Below, in pieces: positions 28,400 through 42,884 of a stretch of 64,000 bases of DNA; position 1 is the first letter of the stretch; each line of letters begins with the position of its first letter. Made by a program: the position numbers and the translations under genes. Origin of the DNA: Octopus vulgaris (lineage: Eukaryota). The DNA lies in NCBI GenBank assembly GCA_951406725.2, contig OX597832.1, forward strand, positions 22,568,001 to 22,632,000. Reading direction: 5' to 3'. The notes beneath the pieces are model-generated. The model was not told the origin of the DNA. It was given only the letters and a program-made list of their open reading frames with translations, and made no database searches.

Positions 28400-28772
28400 C
28401 TCATTAACGCTAACATCATCTTTACTACAAATAAAAATATGTCACCGCCCAGTTTAATGTCAATAAAGTTATGTCAATACACACTTTAGTGTCAATAAGA
28501 ACATGTCAATGCTTACTTTACCGCATTCATATGGCGGTTTATAAGAATATGTTAACACCTACTTTACAGATAATAAAAACGATACCGGCTACTTAACTTT
28601 AATAGAAATGCGTTAACGCTCACTTTATTATTTATAAATGTAAACGGCCACTTTATTGTTTATAAATGTAAACGGCCACTTTATTGTTTATAAAGTATGC
28701 TAACATTCAATTTAGTGATAATAAAAATATGTTAACGCTCATTTTACTCTTACTAAAAAATGTGTTAAAGCC
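28400..28772. repeat. Degenerate ~28-33 bp minisatellite, about 11-12 copies
   Basis: Recurrent T(T/C)AACGCTCACTTTA-N6/7-AATAAAAATATG. Two adjacent exact copies of TAAACGGCCACTTTATTGTTTATAAA. Confidence 0.75.
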
Positions 28773-29017
28773 GACGTCTATGTTAACAATGTTACTCAAT
28801 AAACACGTCGGACGAAATACACATATACTAACACGTGACTATGTGTTAATCGAAGTGTCTGGTGTATTAAATGGCATAGACGCCGACGTGGGTGTGTTAT
28901 AAGAAGGTTGCTTCCCAGCCACATGGTTGTTGTTTCAGTCCCACTGTGTGTTACCTTCGGTGTCTTCTACTACACCTGGTGTCAACCAAATCCTTGTGAG
29001 TGAATTTGGTGTATATC

Positions 29018-29320
29018 GTTTGTACCTTCGCGAGCCATGCCTGGCTCATTAGGGCCGATTTCCCAGTTTCCTTGGCGTATAGGTTCCCTCACCTGGACGT
29101 GACGCCGGTCCGTCGCAGGTGAGCTGCAAGATGCAGGAGGAAAGAATGAAAGAAAGTTTTGGCGAAAGAGTCAGCAGAATTTCGCCATCACCTTCTGCCG
29201 GAGCCGCGTGGTGCTTAGGTATTTCGCTCATAAACACACACATCGCCCGGTCTGAGATTCGAACCCGCGATCCCTCGACCGCGAGTCCGCTGCTCAAACC
29301 ACTAGGTCATGTGCATCCAC
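29018..29320 (-). mobile_element. SINE family C-related head with tail type 3 (shared with family D)
   Basis: Head AGTGGTTTGAGCAGCGGACTCGCGGTCGAGGGATCGCGGGTTCGAATC and tail CTGCGACGGACCGGCGTC...GAAACTGGGAAATCGGCCC. Confidence 0.8.
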
Positions 29321-29323
29321 TTT

Positions 29324-29378
<55 letters not shown>

Positions 29379-30422
29379 TTGTGTGTGTGTGTGTATAGGC
29401 GTAGCTGTGCGATAAGAAGCTTCTTCCGGTTACCCAGGATTTCTCCTCTTATGATGGAGGAACATCGAAGAAGAATTTGTGAAGGCTTGAGTTGTTCCGT
29501 TTCGAGCATTGAAGGCTGCCCTTCCTCGGAATATATATCGTCAGAGGAGGAGATGATGGAGTGCTTGGAAAAAATAGACGGTGCTTTGGAAGAAAAAAGT
29601 TATGCTGTGGCGACGGAGGAAAGGGGCGAAGATATAAGACTGGAAGACGTTAGCAATTTTAAGGGAAGGTTTGAAAGGGAGGGGAACGAAGTGAAAGTGT
29701 TCCCCCACCAAAGAAGCTTTGAAAGAAGTTGCGTAAAGAGCAGTAATTTATAGAACTTACTCAGTGGAAGCCAGAAAAATAGAAAATGTGTGCCTATAGT
29801 AGAGAGAAATATTATCATCATTATCAGAAATACCAACTTCCGGTGTTCCCACCCCTTTATACTCTGTCTTTTATACTTTTATACTTTATTCTATTAAAAA
29901 AATGTAGCAGTTAAGTACAACATTTATGTTCAATGCGAAAAGACTTCTGCTCCTCTAACTGTCACCGAAAGGAAATTCACCTTTGTCGCCAGTGTGTGTG
30001 CGTGTGCGAAAATACATAGAGCTGGTTACAAAAGACGTTGTCGGACGTGTCGCTTAATGTGCCTTTGATTAATTAATTCTAGCATAACAAGGCTTTGCAC
30101 ACGCCAGCAAATATATTATTTACCGTTTACATACAAAACCAGCAGTTCTTATTGAGTGTCTCATTAAGTGTCTGAAGTTGATGACGCATAACAGCAAAGA
30201 AGCACGTGCACTATATCCTGGTTGGTGCGACTTCGACAAACATTGTCAATAAAAATGAATTTCTTTGCGAAGATATTTACCGTACTAAAAATCTTTCTAC
30301 ATTTGAGTGCACAAAGACGTGTTTGATATAAATGTACACAACATAATTTTAATCATCGCTACACCGTCCCTGTACTTTTAATTAATTATCTATCAAGCTG
30401 TATTGTCGATGTCTACTGCAGC

Positions 30423-30591
<169 letters not shown>

Positions 30592-31216
30592 ACACATATA
30601 TATATATATATACATATATACATAAATATATATATATGTATGTATGTATATATGCATGTATGTATATGTATGTATGTATATATGAATGGTATAATAATGG
30701 GGAAAGTACTACTGGCTTTAACATTGCAAACATAATTATAACATTACAAATTACGTGTAATAACATAGGAGAGTGGATGTGTGACTGAATCGCGAAATGG
30801 ATTCTTCTGACATTTTTGTCACTTTCATTTGTAAGAGTGCATGCACTTGTAGATAGGATGATAAGATTACGTGAGTTCGATTGCTCAGCAGGACAGAATT
30901 TTGTTATAGTGAGCCCAACGCTCCATTTCGACGTGTTCCATTAATCCTCCGTAAATAAACACCAGCCTAGTGCTGTTGCAGCATTTTTTTCACCTTCACG
31001 CTACTTATGACCAGAAAGTAACCTAAAATAATTGCAGAAGCATGGTAGGACTACGAAGTAATATTCGCTTGCGAGTGACGGCTGTCGACGAATTGCCTTC
31101 CGTATCTCAAATTTTGATTTCAAAATCTAAATTGCATTGCATCATAATCATCAGTCCTTCATCTTGTTGATAACACATCTCAATAATGCGCGCATACACA
31201 TACACATATACACACA

Positions 31217-31298
<82 letters not shown>

Positions 31299-31313
31299 CT
31301 AAAAAAAAAATAT

Positions 31314-31360
<47 letters not shown>

Positions 31361-31487
31361 CGAGCGAGAGAGAGAGAGAGTGAAAGAGAGAGTGAGAGAA
31401 CAATACACATACATAACTACACATATGTGTGTATGTAGATACATATATCTATCTATATCCACATACACACATATATAGATATGGAAA

Positions 31488-31549
<62 letters not shown>

Positions 31550-31682
31550 GAGAGAGTGATACATATACACATATACCTACACATATTTTGGATATGTATA
31601 TCTATCTATAAACGTACATATATACATACATACACTCAAAAACACGCACACACACAAATACACACACATATATATAGATATG

Positions 31683-31726
<44 letters not shown>

Positions 31727-32975
31727 GAGACAAAGATACATATACATATATACCTACACATATGTATGTGTATGTGAACATGTATATCTATCTATCAATA
31801 CATACACACACAGACATATATATATATATATATATACATACATTCATACATACATACATACATACATAATACATACATACATACACTCATTCAAACATAC
31901 ATAATACATACATACACTCATTCATACATACATACATACATACATACATACATACATACATACATACATACATACATACATACATACACAAACACACACA
32001 GAAACATACTCACATATTATAATGACGACAAATTTGAACTGAACAATTCAAAAGCAACAAAGGTTGACATATATAGGCGGTAATTTATCATTTTATCATT
32101 TGTCAGTTGAAGGATAATGTCTTAACGTTTCCGATATTAATGCGCCTTCAGGGGAAGAAAAGGTGAAGGAATGGGAGAGAAATAGTGTATACAAAAAGAA
32201 AGTATAATAAAAATTATAAAACTGATAATAAAAATTACAACAACAACAAACAAGAAATATAGTACACTTATACACACACACACCTACACACAGAGATATA
32301 TATATTTCAATGAAAAATTATTAAATATTGCAGTACAGTAGTATTACTTTCCAGTGAAATAAAGCCCCGTGAATAAGAAGTACAAATATAAAATAGTGGT
32401 ACAAGGCACCAATATTTATTGGAAATAGCAGTCGATAATTTTACAGCTTTACTGTATATATTCTGGCCAAGATGGGTTCGGGCAGCGAACATAAAAGATT
32501 TTATCTTACCTCTAGGACGAACATTAAGTAAATGAAATTTTGTCCCGGTAAGTCTAGCTGAGGCGGACTAATCGAATTTACGATAACAAGCGTATTTTGG
32601 AGAGTCCGAAAACTAGGTCCTAGATTATGCAATCCTGGGATGTCCATATATATATTATATATGCATACATTCACATATATATACATACACACACGCATAT
32701 ATATATGTGTGTATGTGTGTGTGTGAGTAGATTGATAGATGTGTGTGTGTCATTAGGCATGAGTTTGTTCTCCATCACCGCCTCACAACCGGCGGTGGTG
32801 AGTTTACGAACTTAGCGGTTCGTCATAACAGACCGATAGAATAAGTACTATGCTTAAAAAAATAAGTACGAGGTTTGATTCATATGACTAAAATTTTTAC
32901 GAATCGGTGCCCCAGCCTGGCCGCAGTCTAATGACTGAAACAATTAAAAGATAAAAGTTAAAAGACATATATATT

Positions 32976-33179
32976 GTTAATCCAAACATGAAAACACAAA
33001 GAGAAAACACAACAACGCGAGCACGTGGAACAAGTTTAGTGTTATTGGACGCTCAGGAAAGGAAAGAAAGAAGGAGGATTTAACGTTTCGAGCGGAGCTC
33101 TTCGTCAGAAACATAAAAAAAGGAAAGATCCAAAGAAGAGAAGACGGAAACGATACACACGCGGTCACATATTGAATGA
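32976..33179 (-). mobile_element. Short repeat family H copy 1 carrying a minimal hammerhead (33078-33112)
   Basis: Minus strand GTTT-CTGACGA-A-GAGC-TCC-GCTC-GAAACGTT-AAAT. Homologs at 39281 and 58078 share the terminus GTTAATCCAAAC. Confidence 0.8.
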
Positions 33180-33302
33180 CGCATATAAACATATATACAC
33201 ACACACACATAAATGTCCTTATTTCCTTTTTTCCCATGGTTTGTTTTCATTCTCTGTTCGTTTTCAGTGCTTCACTAGTGTCTGTCGACGTCGGAAGCTT
33301 TG

Positions 33303-33622
33303 ATACGTAAATGTCGAACGATGAAAAGGAGTGCTCAACACCGCATTGGTGGATATCATTTTATTTGTGAATTAAGTCTACCATTGGTTTCATGTTATGA
33401 AAAGTAGGAAAATATGATAGTGTCTTAATTTTTCAAGCCGATCAGGTGAAGAAAGGTGTTTTTACTAAAATAGAGGCGAACACCTTTCTCTTCATAAGAC
33501 ACTAGGATATTTTCTTATTTTTCGTAACATGAAATCAATGGTAGCATTAATTCACGAATAAAGAAATTATGTACACCAATGAAGTGTTGAGCACTCATTA
33601 TCATCATTCGATATTTACGTAT
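33303..33622. mobile_element. ~320 bp foldback/MITE-like element
   Basis: ATACGTAAATGTCGAACGATGA...GAGTGCTCAACAC versus GTGTTGAGCACTC...TCATCATTCGATATTTACGTAT. The arms are ~125 bp and there is a second internal hairpin GAAAGGTGTT/AACACCTTTC. Confidence 0.85.
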
Positions 33623-33623
33623 A

Positions 33624-33756
33624 GGCGCAGGAGTGACTGTGTGGTTAGGAGCTTGCTTACCAACTACATGGCAAGTGTCTTCTACTATAGCTTCGGGCCG
33701 ACCAAAGCCTTGTGAATGGATTTGGTTGACGGAAACTGAAGCCCATCGTATATATG

Positions 33757-33815
<59 letters not shown>

Positions 33816-34188
33816 AATAGTAAAAGTGAAAAAACTACAGAAGGCTTAAATGTTAAAAAATATATATATTTGCGTCAATATGTCTGAAGAATATTAGAAA
33901 ATTAAAAAAAAAAAAATTTTCCCTCTTATAATGACATAATTTAAAAAGAAAGACCGGTTTCGCGTGTAGCTTTTCAAAGAAATTTGAAAAGCTACACGCG
34001 AAACCGGTCTTTCTATTAAATTATGTCATTATAAGAGGGAAAAAAAAATTTTTCTTTAAAAATTTTCTAATATTCTTCAGACATATTGACGAAAATATAT
34101 ATATTTTTTAACATTTAAGCCTTCTGTAGTTTTTTCACTCTTTACTATTTTCTATATATTCACCCACGTGCTTTCACAAACCAACTTT

Positions 34189-34265
<77 letters not shown>

Positions 34266-34500
34266 ATGTATGTATGAAAGTATGTGTATATGTGTGTGTG
34301 TCTGTGTTTGCCCCCCCCCCCCCACATCGCTTGACAACCGATGGTGGTGTGTTTACGTCCCTGTAACTTAGTGGTTCGGCAAAAGAGACCGATAGAATAA
34401 GTACTAGGCTTACAAAGAATGGGCCCTGGGGTCGATTTGCTCGACTAAAGGCGATGCTTCAGTATGGCCGTAGTCGAAATAACTGAAACAAGTATAAGAG
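33624..34500 (+). mobile_element. SINE family A split by a 344 bp palindrome in its internal (TA)n
   Basis: Head at 33624-33750 and tail at ~34290-34500. Confidence 0.88.
33811..34154. mobile_element. Near-perfect 344 bp palindrome with 4 nt centre
   Basis: TAGAAAATAGTAAA...GACCGGTTTCGCGTGTAGCTTTTCAAA-GAAA-TTTGAAAAGCTACACGCGAAACCGGTC...TTTACTATTTTCTA. Confidence 0.95.
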
Positions 34501-34546
34501 TAATACATACACATATGTATGTATATATGTATATATATATTATATA

Positions 34547-34626
<80 letters not shown>

Positions 34627-35400
34627 GTAAATATGTATGTGTATTATATATATATATAGATATATACTGACATACATTCACACATACATGCATGCATACA
34701 TACGCATATCATACATACATACATACACACATCATACATACATACATTCATAATACATATATACATACATTATGCATACACACATACATAATACATACAC
34801 ACATATACCATATTGATTGTTAGCTTATATTCACACTTGAATTACTCGAATAAAAATCTTCAATGACAAGGCGTGTCCGCCTTACAGTTTTCTCATCATC
34901 TCTCATCATTTGTTCTTTTGTTTGATAAAGTTTATAATTGTCTGTTTTCAGAAGTTTATTATAGCTCGCAGCAACACAGACAGACAGTTTTCTTTTCCGA
35001 AAAAGCTAATAAATATAATAACGAATTTGCAAGAAATTTTAAATGGAAATCAGATACGTGTAAAATATGATCAGCTATATTTTTAAATGATGTAGAAGAG
35101 AATAGAAATGAACTATTTGAAGATAAATATATTTAATCTCAATGTCGGCTACTAAAACTTATATATGCAGAATTTTTATTAATAATACAAGCAAGCGTTT
35201 TGAAAGCATCAGCAAGGGGTATATTTTCTTGTGGGTAAAATTTAGTAGATGTGTAAGAAAACTATATTAATAGAAAGATGTTGATTTAGATGTTATAAAA
35301 TGAAATGCATGGATGAAAATAAACTTAATATATATATACTGAAAAGTAAATCATAAGTCATGGAAAACTCGACACGTTTGCATATATGTATGTATGTATA

Positions 35401-35853
<453 letters not shown>

Positions 35854-35860
35854 GTAAGTT

Positions 35861-35904
<44 letters not shown>

Positions 35905-35929
35905 ATATCTATCTATCTATCTATCTATC

Positions 35930-35970
<41 letters not shown>

Positions 35971-36293
35971 TTGTGTGTGCATGTGTGTGTGTGTATGTGT
36001 GTGTGTTGAGATATATTTGAGAAACAGTTGAAACACTCCTGTCACAACCTGGGACAGTTAAGACTGCTTTAATGCAAGAAAGTATACTAGTCCCTCAATA
36101 TTTGATATTCAATATTTCATATATTCAATAAGACAATCAATACTTCATTTCATTTTACTATATATACTATTTATACTATATATTCTATATTCTATATTAA
36201 TATTATCAAGAATATAAATAAAATATAAAAAAGAGACAGAGTTGGAATTTCATTGAATAATATAAATTCCTCTATACACAATCATACAAACTC

Positions 36294-36354
<61 letters not shown>

Positions 36355-36644
36355 AATAATACGAATGTATATGAGTGTATGTGTCTGTAAGTACAATTAT
36401 ATGTGTATGTATGTGTGTGTATGCATGTGTGTACAAGTATACACACGTATATATAGTTTCTTATATTTATTTATTTGTCAGTGTGAAGCATTTCTAAGCA
36501 GCAACAGTTGTAAAACTCTCACACGTCTATCACTCTACAATTCTCCCACCACACACACATACAAACACATAATATATACATATATATACATGTATATATA
36601 TGTATATATACATATATATATATACACACATATATATATATACA

Positions 36645-36745
<101 letters not shown>

Positions 36746-37363
36746 GTATATGTATTTATGTGTGTATGTATGCATTCATACGTATCTATTACGCGTTGTC
36801 ATTTGTATTGATATACACACATACACGTGACTGTGTGCACATGAACACATACGTACAATTATCCTAAGGTGTATTGAGTTGGCAAACAGGTAGACAAAAG
36901 GAATTACTAATATAAAGACAAAAGTACGCGAATAAAAATATATACGCGCACAGAAGACATTTTATAAAAACAAGACTTACGATACAATCAAATTGAAAAT
37001 ACTACTTAAAAATTTTTGAGATATCCATGGATACACGATAGTAACATGATTAGAGACTGGAAGTCGGGAGACGAAGAGAGGATGAAATACTCAGATATAG
37101 AGAGATTGGAACGTGATAAATTGTTATTAAAGGAGAAACGCGAAAAGAGTGTCTACAAGAGATTAAAATAGAGACAAATAAAACGAGATTGAAAGTGTGA
37201 TAGTTCACTTTATTAGGAAACGAACGGAGTGTTGTTTGACGTTTAGCTAAACATCACCAGCAATCACAGGTAACCCTTTTGTAACAGTTCTTTAAAGTAG
37301 GTTTCCTGTTTTAAAGTGTTCAAAAATTTCATGTTATATTTGAAAAGAGCAACTCGATACTCT

Positions 37364-37399
<36 letters not shown>

Positions 37400-37403
<4 letters not shown>

Positions 37404-37660
37404 TTTTTACTCTTTTACTTGTTTCAGTCATTTGACTGCGGTCATGCTGGAGCACCACCTTTAGTCGAGAAAATCGACCCCTGGACTTATTTTTTGTAAG
37501 CCTAGTACTTATTCTATCGGTCTATTTTGCCGAACCGCTAAGTTACGGGGACGTAAACACACCACCATCGATTGTCAAGCGATGTTGGGGTAACAAACAC
37601 AGGCACACAAATATATACACATACATACATACATATATATATTTCACTCCTGCGCCTTAT
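37400..37660 (-). mobile_element. SINE family A, 3' half with most of the head deleted
   Basis: CTTTTACTTGTTTCAGTCATTTGACTGCGG... and the residual head CACTCCTGCGCC at ~37645-37656. Confidence 0.85.
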
Positions 37661-39280
37661 GAAACTTATTTTATTAAATTCTGAGTCATTTTGCGGAAGA
37701 TAATTTGTTACTCATGTATATAAGTATCCGTGCTCAGAACCAACGTTGGTCTTTCTCTATTTCGATACTGGACATAATTTTATGAAATATAAAACGTTAG
37801 GTGTGTTGACCTGAGAAATAAAACGGTATTCTCTATCCAAAGCGCTCAGTATGGTTTCTCATTGCAGCCTCCGGGGTATGAGTACAAAACTGCTGGTAAA
37901 ACGATAGCCTCGCATTATATTGGGGTAAAGAGAAAATATAATTATTCGACCCATTTTTATGTTGAGACACTGAAGGTTTGGAAACGCCGAATATGCATAT
38001 AGTAATTCTATTGTTCCAAATTCGCCAGAAAAAAAGTAATCTTATATTACGAAAAAATTTTAAAATAAAACATAAAACCTGGTGTTTTTAATGAAAAACA
38101 CACACATACACACAAGCATATATGTACATACGTCTAAGTCTGTACGTGTTCATAAATACAAGGAAGTAAAATTCGCAAACTGTTCTGTCATTGGTCGTTC
38201 CTTATTTGTTACGGTTGCAAAGGACAGAATCTTCTTGACAGACGGTAATGTCATTATTTTGTCTTTCATTAGTGAAGCAAATTTCAGATTGATAGATTAT
38301 AGTAAACAGTAAAAGTCTCTGTGTATTGATTTAACTGAAATTTAACTGGATTCATTTGGCTTATTCGTTTACTTTATATATGAGTCTTTAATAGTCGTAG
38401 TCAACTATAAAGTCATCAATATTCGTATACAGCTATTTTGATGTATTCGAATCTCATCAGTAGGAGACAATCTCGGTTTCGTATTTTTATACAACGTTAT
38501 TTCACTGTGAAAGGAGGAGGAATAGGGAGAATGAGAAAGTGAGAGAGAGAGATAGATGGGGATACCGAGAGAAAAAGGAATTATTTTGCAAACACCAACG
38601 CGGGAAAGTATATGATGAGAATCACGATAGCGATGATAAAGTATGTAGAGGTGCACATGGCGAAATAGGAGAAGAGGCGTGAGAGCAGTAAGTACACATA
38701 ACCGAGCAAAAACGAAAAACGAAGATTTAAGGACGATGAGGGACGAGTGAAATGGAATGTCTTACGGCAAGATATTGTACAACAGGCATATAACAACAGA
38801 AGCAAATATATTTAACGAGAGTGTAAGCTATGATATAGTAAAGCTATTCATCAGCTACCATCTAAACCCGATACTGTTTCGAATATTTGTCATTGGACCA
38901 CAATGTGTTTAAGCGTATTTGATAAGTGTAACTGGAAGCTAACGAGAAAAATGTAACAGAAAAAGGCGATAAAACTGAAAATAGAGACGGAACGCAAAAA
39001 CAAAAGGAGTGAACAATCATCTTTCGACTACACACGGCACAAACTAAAAATGTGCTGGATGTTAACGTAGGGGAAAAATATATATGGAAAAACGTTTTGA
39101 TGAGCAGAAATCGAAGAAGTCAATAGATCAGTACTAGAAATAAAAAGTAAAGAGAGAGAAGAATTAAGTAAAGTTAGAATCGAACTGCTTCTTGGTTCCT
39201 AGGAGGTAAACTAGAGCACGCTCTTGCGAAGTTTAGACATGTATATGTACAACAGTCAAACACACAAATGCATATATGTA

Positions 39281-39545
39281 GTTAATCCAAACAGGAAAAC
39301 ACAAAGAGAAAACACAACAACGCGAGGACGTAGAATAAGTATAGTGTTATTGGACGCTCAGGAAAGGAAAGAAAGAAGGAGGATTTAACATTTCGAGCGG
39401 AGCTCTTCGCCAGAAACATAGAAAATGGAAAGAAGGGAAGACGGAGAAAGAAAATTGCCAACGATACACACGCGGTCACATATTGAATGACCGGAAGGGA
39501 ATGGGTGAAGAAAAAGTTTTTAAAGACAGGAGAGTGCAAGAGAAG
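39281..39545 (-). mobile_element. Repeat family H copy 2 (hammerhead core mutated: CTGGCGA, GAAATGTT)
   Basis: High identity to 32976-33179. Confidence 0.85.
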
Positions 39546-40127
39546 GAGGTTGATACACAGAAATATAACCAGTACTCCGTCGGTTACAACAACAATTGCT
39601 CTAGTTAATCCAATGAACGGAACAGCCAGCTCGTAATATTAACTTGCAAGTGGCTGAGGACACCACAGACAGGCGTATCTTAACGTGGTTCTCAAGGAAA
39701 TTCAGTGTGACACAGAATGAAAAAAAGAATGGCTTTTTGAAACATAGGAGCTACTCATTTTTCCAGATTGTTGAAGTGAGAGAGAGCATGTGTGTGTGTG
39801 TGTGTGTGTATGCGTGTGCGTGTGCGTGTATGTGTGTGTGTGTTTTTATATCTGAATACAAAAACACACATACATACACGCACACATGCCCTCCATCATT
39901 TTTCCCCATTCATCACCCTTTTGTACTATCTCATATCCCTTGCCACCACTACACACTTAATAACACTATAAAAATGGTCAAATTTTTCCACAAGAACTTA
40001 GTTCAATTTGAAAACTCCCCTAGAATGGACGAAAGCGCTAATATATGATGTATAAAAACATGCAATATACAAATAAATATCTGTAAATATAAAACCATCC
40101 GAATTTCTGAGTACACACACACACACA

Positions 40128-40237
<110 letters not shown>

Positions 40238-40749
40238 CGTTGGACGGATTTTTGGAGTCCAATAATACCCTGTACACATATTTGATTATGAAGATTTACA
40301 AACATACTTTCTCAGTGATACTCAATTTACCTACCATTATAAATAACACCAAATTTTCCTTTTCAGAACTTTCAGAATGTGATACAAGTCTTTGGTGTAG
40401 CAATTACATGCGGCTGAAGAGAGCTTTAAACCATCTGTTATGTCGATTATACATTGATGTAAGAATAAGTTGTTTTATAAAGCTTGAAACACGTGTACCG
40501 CGACATCCTTTGTGTTCTCTTTTTTATTTCATTTGATACATATATATAATGCATATATATACATAAATACATATATGCACCTACATATATACACACTCAT
40601 ATACGCATTCACACACTCCTATATGTTTGTATATGAATATATTTTCACGTATTTTCTAAATAAAGTAAAACACAACAATAACAGCAAATCTGAAAAGAAA
40701 ATCGAGAGAAAGAAAACAAAATGGAGTAAAACACTCCGATTCCAAGTAC

Positions 40750-40781
<32 letters not shown>

Positions 40782-40852
40782 TTACTACTACTAATACTGC
40801 TGCAGCCATTACTACTACTACTACTATTACTACTACTACTACTACTACCACC

Positions 40853-40951
<99 letters not shown>

Positions 40952-41168
40952 GCTACTACTACTACAATGCTCAATGTTATTCGCTCATTAATTGTGTAAG
41001 TGAATGATGAGGTCCAATCAGGTATTGGTGCTGCAGCAACAACTTTCTGCTGTTTCTCATCAAAGACGCACGTAAATTCGCAGCGCACACACGCACACAC
41101 ATACATACACACATACACACACATGACACATGTGCGTGTCAGCTTTTACCATACACCCACATATATAC

Positions 41169-41218
<50 letters not shown>

Positions 41219-41287
41219 TATATATCTAGAGAGAGCGAGAAAATACACACACACACGGTACACACACACACACAAACGGGTACACAC

Positions 41288-41403
<116 letters not shown>

Positions 41404-41431
41404 AGAGAGAGCGAGACAATCACACACACAC

Positions 41432-41479
<48 letters not shown>

Positions 41480-42848
41480 TACATATACGTATGCACATGT
41501 ATTGGTTCTTAATGTTATCTTATTATTATTATTCTGCCTAAATGAGAAAGATTTTTGTTTCTTAGATGGAGCCGTTCTGCATCATTAAAACTGCTAACAC
41601 GTTAGTTTCTATCGCTTATTTAATTACATGCACAAGCTTAAACTGCGTATAGTCAGCCGATGAGCTGATAAGTCTTCTAATTACACATTTAATCTGCTGT
41701 TTCTGATATTATTAACATATCACAGCTTCAACAAATCCAAAACAGAAACAAGTTTTTCAAAAATCAAGTGCTAAATAATACAGAGTTTATTTAAAATTCA
41801 AATATTTACGTCTTTTTCCTTTACGTTATGTTTGTCATGTATGTTTTTTTTTTAAAGGAAACTACTTAGAATTTAATCATTTAACTGTACTGTTCTTCAA
41901 ATGAAGATAATTGCATAAAATTTGTACGGCGGCGTGTGGTGTGTGATGTACGATTTGTTTGTATTTATTTGTTATAGTTTCGGGTTATCATTGATTGAAA
42001 AGGAATGTTTAAACATAAAATTAGGCGTGGAAATTTATTAAAATAAATTAAAATAACGAATAAATAATAGTAAAATAACACGACTGCTTTATCAATAACA
42101 AAAATATATAACAAAAAAAAAATGAAAGAACAGTCACAAGATCGATGAAAACAATATCGTTTGTCGAGTATTTAAAAATTAATTATGAACTGCATATCTG
42201 ATTTTTACAACGTGTAATGTATACCGTATAAGCATGTTAAAACATATCAATTATATATGCTTAAACGTGCCTTCAATTATTCCGATGTTACAAGGGTATG
42301 TACTATAAGAAAGGTAAGCTACAAACGAGATTGTGAATGGCGACGAAAGGGATGTAACGAACCCAGTTTATCGATTTATTGGCTGAATGATTAATCAAAT
42401 TATCGATTAGTTAATTAGTTAAATGGTTAGCGTGATAACTGATAATAATAGTTTCGAATTTTGTCATAAGGCAATTTTTTTTCAAATAGGAAGTGTGTAG
42501 TTGATACATCAACGCAAGTGTTTACCTGTTACTATTTTATAAACTCTGGAAGGATGAAAAAAGGGGATGCGTCGCCTACCGGTTGGGGTGCAGCTCTGAC
42601 GATCGTAAAATCGTAATTTCGATACCCGGGACTGGGTGGTACGTTGTGCTCTTGACCTAAATACTTCATTTCACATTCCCCCCGGGCCACTCAGCTGGAG
42701 CCGTTCAAGGAAAATGTTGTGATTTCGTTCATTTGCACGCTATGAAACCCAGGCTGATGAATCCAAGGCTGCTGCTGCTGCTGATGATGATGATGATGAT
42801 CACGATGATGATGATGACGACGATGATGACGATGATGATGACGATGAC

Positions 42849-42884
<36 letters not shown>

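Noticed and set aside
29322-29753. 143 aa ORF with an acidic, protein-like C-terminal part
   Set aside because: It starts in microsatellite, crosses a SINE head and a purine-skewed insert, and has no recognisable domain or splice support.
32120-32160. Hammerhead-like CTGAAGG...GGAAACGTTA on the minus strand
   Set aside because: Core mismatch, and neither stem I nor stem II pairs. It may be a very old relic but is unsupported.
38443-38488. Permuted hammerhead (minus: GAAAC...GTC-TCCTA-CTGATGAG)
   Set aside because: Stem I would have only 1 bp and stem II is poor. It cannot be supported without relatives.
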